64,000 bases of DNA from Trichodelitschia bisporula (lineage: Eukaryota): contig ML996699.1 in the NCBI GenBank assembly GCA_010356995.1, positions 341,697 through 405,696 on the forward strand. The letters run 5' to 3'. The notes beneath the pieces are model-generated. The model did not search any database, had not been told where the DNA came from, and saw only the letters and a program-made list of their open reading frames with translations. A program made the translations under genes and the position numbers. Positions 59,743-64,000 of this stretch are shown one piece after another (the stretch's first letter is position 1; each line of letters opens with the position of its first letter).

Positions 59743-62700
59743 TCACAGGAGGGGAACGAGGTCCAGATCCGGAATCTTGCGAATCCACGTCGGCAGAAGC
59801 TTCTTCGCATCGCGGGACGACTTGTCGGTGACGTCCAAGTCAAACTCCTCAAACGCCGCCTCCTGAACCCGGGCCGCCTGCTTGAGCAATTCCGCAACCG
59901 TCTGCTCACGGAACATTTCTCCAGGCCCACAGTGGTTCTTGAAGAAGTTGTACCAAAGATCAGGACCTACACATATTAGTTCAATCCTTCCGTGAGACAT
60001 TCCTCCTTACCTGCATGAGTCTGCAAGCCAGCCGCAAGCGTGACAAGCTCGCGCTCAGACCACGGCTCCATTGGCTGCGGCGTATGCGGAATCTGCGAGC
60101 CCGACCTCCGCGCATGGAACATCTCCAGCCGCTCAAACGGAAAGCCGTTCGCATCGATAGACAACGCGTTCGGGTCCGGCAGCTTCGGCGTCCGCAACTT
60201 CGCCTTGCGCCTAAAGTCCGGCTCGAACTCGCGCCGCTGCGCATATAACAGCATAAGACGCGCCTTTAGGACCTCGAACTTTTCCTTTTTCTCCATAAGA
60301 CGGCGCTCCTCGGACAGACGCAGACCTAGGTCCTGCGTCTCCGCGGCTTGCTGCTCGATGCAGATTTTCATACCGCACCATTTCACGATGAGGGCACGCA
60401 GATGTGGAAGTGAGCCGGCCTTGATGTACTTGGAGAGGCCGAGCCGGCGCAACGGGCGTAGGGGCCAGTTAGCAAGGACGTTGAGGCAGGAGCTCACGGC
60501 TTCGGCGAGGCGGATGAACGAGGTGAGCACGGGGATGCTAGCGGGTCGAGTGGCCACCTCGACGAAGCTGAGGCAGGCACGCTCGAAAAGGCCGACAAGA
60601 GCGGGCCACACCAGGGCGTGTGCTTGGTCGATGTAGTTTTGGTGCTCGGCTGGATCGGAAATCTTTACCTGACCGAGCTCCTGGGAGAGCATGAGGAGGA
60701 CGTCGGCCGCCTCGGCTAGGGTTTCCACAACGTTTTCGACAGTACGAGGGCTCCGGAAATGATCCTTCGTGTTTTGGATCTGCTGGCGAACAACGCGAAC
60801 GATGGGGTCGAGCGGAGGCTTGCCGAAGACCTGATTGACGTGGTCTTTGTATTTTCTGTTGTCATTTCTCAAGAGGCGAAGGAGGGAACCGGCCTCGTGA
60901 AGCAATGCATCTATAGCCTTAACATGAGGGTCGATATCCTCTTCAGAGTCGGATGGTTCGATGCCCTCAACCGGATCGTCCTCGCTGGACTCGTCTGGAG
61001 TCATGAAAAGGTCGTCGTCGTCTTCCTGGCCTTGCACACGTTCCTTCTGATGGCCAGCCCCATTAGTTCCGTTCGCTGCCTGCTGCTCATTAGTCTGGGT
61101 TTCCTCCTCGTCGGATTCATCGTCTTCCTCGTCGGACTGATCATCTTCTTCATCGACCTCATCATCTTTGTAAGCTTCATCATCCTTGCCGGCCTCATGA
61201 TCTTCCCTGGCCTCATGATCTTCGTCGGTCTGATCTTCTGCGTCGACAAGATCAAGTTCCTCGATTTGGGCACCTTCGCCGGCTTGATCATCAGCGACTT
61301 GATCATCGGTGACTTGATCATCTTCGACGACTTGATCATCCTCGACGGCTTGATCATCTTCGGCAACCTGATTAACTTCGTCGGCCTGATCAGTTAGGTC
61401 GGCTGGAACTTCTTCGCCGGCTTGGTCATCTTCGTCGATCTTATCTTCATCTTCCGACGACTCATCGCTTGAAATGACAATCGGACGACGACGCCGTTCA
61501 GCCTCTGGAATAGCAGGGGGGTCAACCTCCATAGACTGTCCAGGAAGCGGAGTCTCCGCTGGGGGTGTCCACTGAACTTCCTTGGCTGGATGAGCACTAG
61601 GAGCAGGTTGATCAAGGATACGACCGGAGGAAGTCGACTTGCGGTTGGCCTTACTGACAGGAGACTTTGATGCTGATCTTCCGATACGGGGGCGCTTGGG
61701 GGTTGAAGCGTCGGGTTTATCAAGGACACCACCGGGGCGAAACGACTTGCGGGCAGCCATTGTGGTTATGGCGTCCCTTGGTGAGCTCCTCGTACGGGCG
61801 CGCTTGCTGGTCTGAGCCTTGAGCTCGTCCTCGTGTACGAAAATCGAAGACTCCTTCGGGTGTGTCCTCTCAAAGTCCAGGGCGGGAGGAGTAGGAGAAT
61901 CAGGTTGATCAAGGGGACCACCAGACGGAGCTGACTTGCGGCTGGCCATAGATGCCAAGACTTTGCGACCCCTGGGGATGGGAGCCTCAACCTCGTCCTC
62001 GTCAACTGAACTCGAACTCTCCTTCGGGGATGTCCTCTCAACATCACGTTCCCGTATCTTAGCGTCATGGTCCTCGTTCCAATCGTCATCTTCCGGAGAA
62101 GTAGGAGAGTCGGGTAGATCAAGGATACTACCGGACGGAGCTGACTTGCGGTAGGCCGTACTAGCTAAGACACGGCTGCGCTTGGGAATCGGAGCCTCGA
62201 GCTTGTCTTCGCGTACGGAAATCGGAGTCTCCTCCATGGGTGTCCTTTCAACACCCTGGGCCGGAGGGGCAGGAGGATCAGGTTGATCAAGGACACCACC
62301 GGACAGAGCTGACTTGCGGGCAGCCCCCAATCTTTTGAAGTACTCTCTACCTGATATTCCGGGAGGGCGGGTGCGCTTGCTGGGCGGAGCCTCAGATTTA
62401 TCCAGGACCTCACCGGGTCGAACCGACTCGTGGTACGCATTCATGGCTTCGTTGTACCTGAAGTCGTGGTTGTGCGTGGAATGCGGAGTCTCCTGCCGGG
62501 GTGTCCTCTCATCATCATGACCCGGACACTCATCACCATGTTCTGGACAAGGAGGAGAATCGGGTAGATCAAGGACACCACCGGACGTAGCTGACTTGCG
62601 TATAGCCCTCATTTTCAGAGAACAGTCTGGATTTGATGTTGCGGGAAAGCGGATACCCTTGCTGGGCGGAGCCTCTAACCTTTTCCCAGGCCGTCGATGT

Positions 62701-64000
62701 GATAGCACGTTCTCCTGAGGTTCTCCGGGCTGTTAGCATAAACTGCTTGGCTTCATATAGGCTAGGGGCTTACCTGCTCCCTGCGGCGTACCCGATATTG
62801 TCGCATCGTCATCGACGAAACCGTAGCCTTGGGCGGGCCCTAAAATATCGCGCAGGGACGGGATCAGATATCGCGGATGCGGACACCACTCGTCTCCTAG
62901 GCTAGCTGCTACCTCCTCCGCATCCGGCGCGGCGCCTTCCCAGCCGGCCTCAAGCCACGTGATTGCCAGGTTAACGTCGCCGACCTGGAATGCCTCAAGG
63001 AGTGGCCGCCCGCGGCCCCCGTCTCGCAACAAGCCGCTCTTCCTCCGGTCTAGAAAGGCGCGCGCAAGGGAGCCAAGGACTTCCGACTCGCTGCGGTGAT
63101 CCAATAGGGAGAGGCGGGCAAGGCGGGCGAGGCGCTTAAGCAATGTGCTCGACGGTTTCCCCTCCGGCCGCTGAACTAGGGCGGTTGGGTCGAGGAGGAG
63201 GCTGCTAAGTCTCTTGTAGCCGGTGTCGCGTATCGTCTTCATGTCTCGCCTCCACCGGGCGTCTGTGATGCGCTCGTCACTGCGGTGATTCTTTAGTTCC
63301 CCCACGGTCGCGTCCTCCAGGTGTGTTCTCTCAACATCCGGGATCGGAGGCGTAGGAGGAGCAGGATGCTCAGGAATACTATAGGACGGAGCATCATGAT
63401 TGAAGATACCGCCGGGCGGGGCAGGATGATCTAGGACACCACTGGACGGAGCAGGGTAATTATGAACACCACCAGACGGAACAGGATAATTAAAGACCCC
63501 ACCGGACGGGGCAGGATAGTCAGGAACACCACCGGCCGGAACAGGATGATCACGAACACCACCGGACGGAGCTGACTCGCGGTGGGCCTTACTGGCTAGG
63601 AGACGGTAGCGCTCTGGGACTGGAGCTTCGAGCACGTCTTCGTGTACGGAAATCGGTGTCTCCTCCGGGTGTCTCCTATCAACATCCTGGGCCGGGGGAG
63701 TAGGAGAAGCAGGTTGATCAAGGATACTACTGGACGGAGCAGACTTGCGGGCAGCCTTTGAGGCAAAGCCAATCCTTGGTTTGCTGATACGGGCGCGTTT
63801 GGGGTTCGGAGCCTCGAGCTCGCCTTCGTATCCGGAAACCGCCTCTGGGGCTGTCGACTCAACATGTTGGGCCGAAGAGGTGGTAGAATCAGGTTGATCG
63901 AGGCCTTGGACACCACAGAACAGAGCTGACTGGCGGGCTGACTTATTGGCCACAAACTTCGATGCTGAGCCTGGAACACTGGGGCGCTTGCCGTTCGAAG
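59743..64000 (-). CDS. Large putative nuclear protein: H3-tail-like repeat region, acidic tract, helical domain and C-terminal Myb/SANT-like domain; 5' end lies outside the window
   Basis: Frame open from 64000. Probable intron 62773-62723 joins the 406-aa and 910-aa ORFs. Intron 60010-59967 gives PWSERELVTLAAGLQTHAGPDLWYNFFKNHC...LPTWIRKIP; stop at 59743. Confidence 0.75.
61100..61450 (-). repeat. Acidic coding repeats (EDDQxV/EDHEAx, ~18-bp units)
   Basis: Repeated TGATCATC/TCATGATC units encoding a D/E-rich tract. Confidence 0.85.
61600..63950 (-). repeat. Nine dispersed coding repeats with core (LAS)xAxRKSAPSGGxLDxP
   Basis: Plus-strand anchor GACTTGCG (RKS) at 61636, 61744, 61933, 62143, 62311, 62593 and 63742; variants at 63574 (RES) and 63928 (RQS). 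Confidence 0.92.
63355..63575 (-). repeat. 30-bp tandem repeat (~7 units, P(A/V)PSGGVxxx)
   Basis: SAPSGGVRDH PVPAGGVPDY PAPSGGVFNY PVPSGGVHNY PAPSSGVLDH PAPPGGIFNH DAPSYSIPEH. Confidence 0.9.

Noticed and set aside
61600..63950. CRISPR-like array or histone H3 gene/pseudogene interpretation of the repeats
   Set aside because: Eukaryotic locus; repeats are degenerate, in frame and irregularly spaced; no cas genes, and no histone fold or ARTKQT N-terminus.

Overview
Gene-dense, GC-rich genomic DNA from a filamentous ascomycete (Pezizomycotina). Introns are short, mostly 42-85 nt, GT-AG with CTAAC-type branch sites. About 25 protein genes are supported. Housekeeping genes: ELG1 (partial), UTP8, cytochrome b5, RSC9, TFB3, BUD27, a WW/FF splicing factor, PRE9, MAK5 and TRM7. 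Metabolic and accessory genes: DHA1 MFS transporter, 2OG-Fe(II) oxygenase, catalase-related protein, GH78 rhamnosidase, desaturase-like protein, amidase and secreted proteins. Also present are a likely REC114, a SesB-like hydrolase fusion whose 3' half has decayed, and two tRNA-Gly genes. Main highlights: (1) a large Myb/SANT-like protein at the right edge carrying at least nine dispersed histone H3K27-tail mimic peptides, the best copy (ASKAARKSAPS) being identical to fungal H3 21-31; (2) two unrelated ~220-nt intergenic fold-back hairpins with G-U-biased mismatches (candidate milRNA/hpRNA precursors); (3) a tandem pair of spliced, stand-alone DnaJ-type zinc-finger microproteins not recovered intact by the ORF track. 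All calls come from manual reading; no database searches were run.
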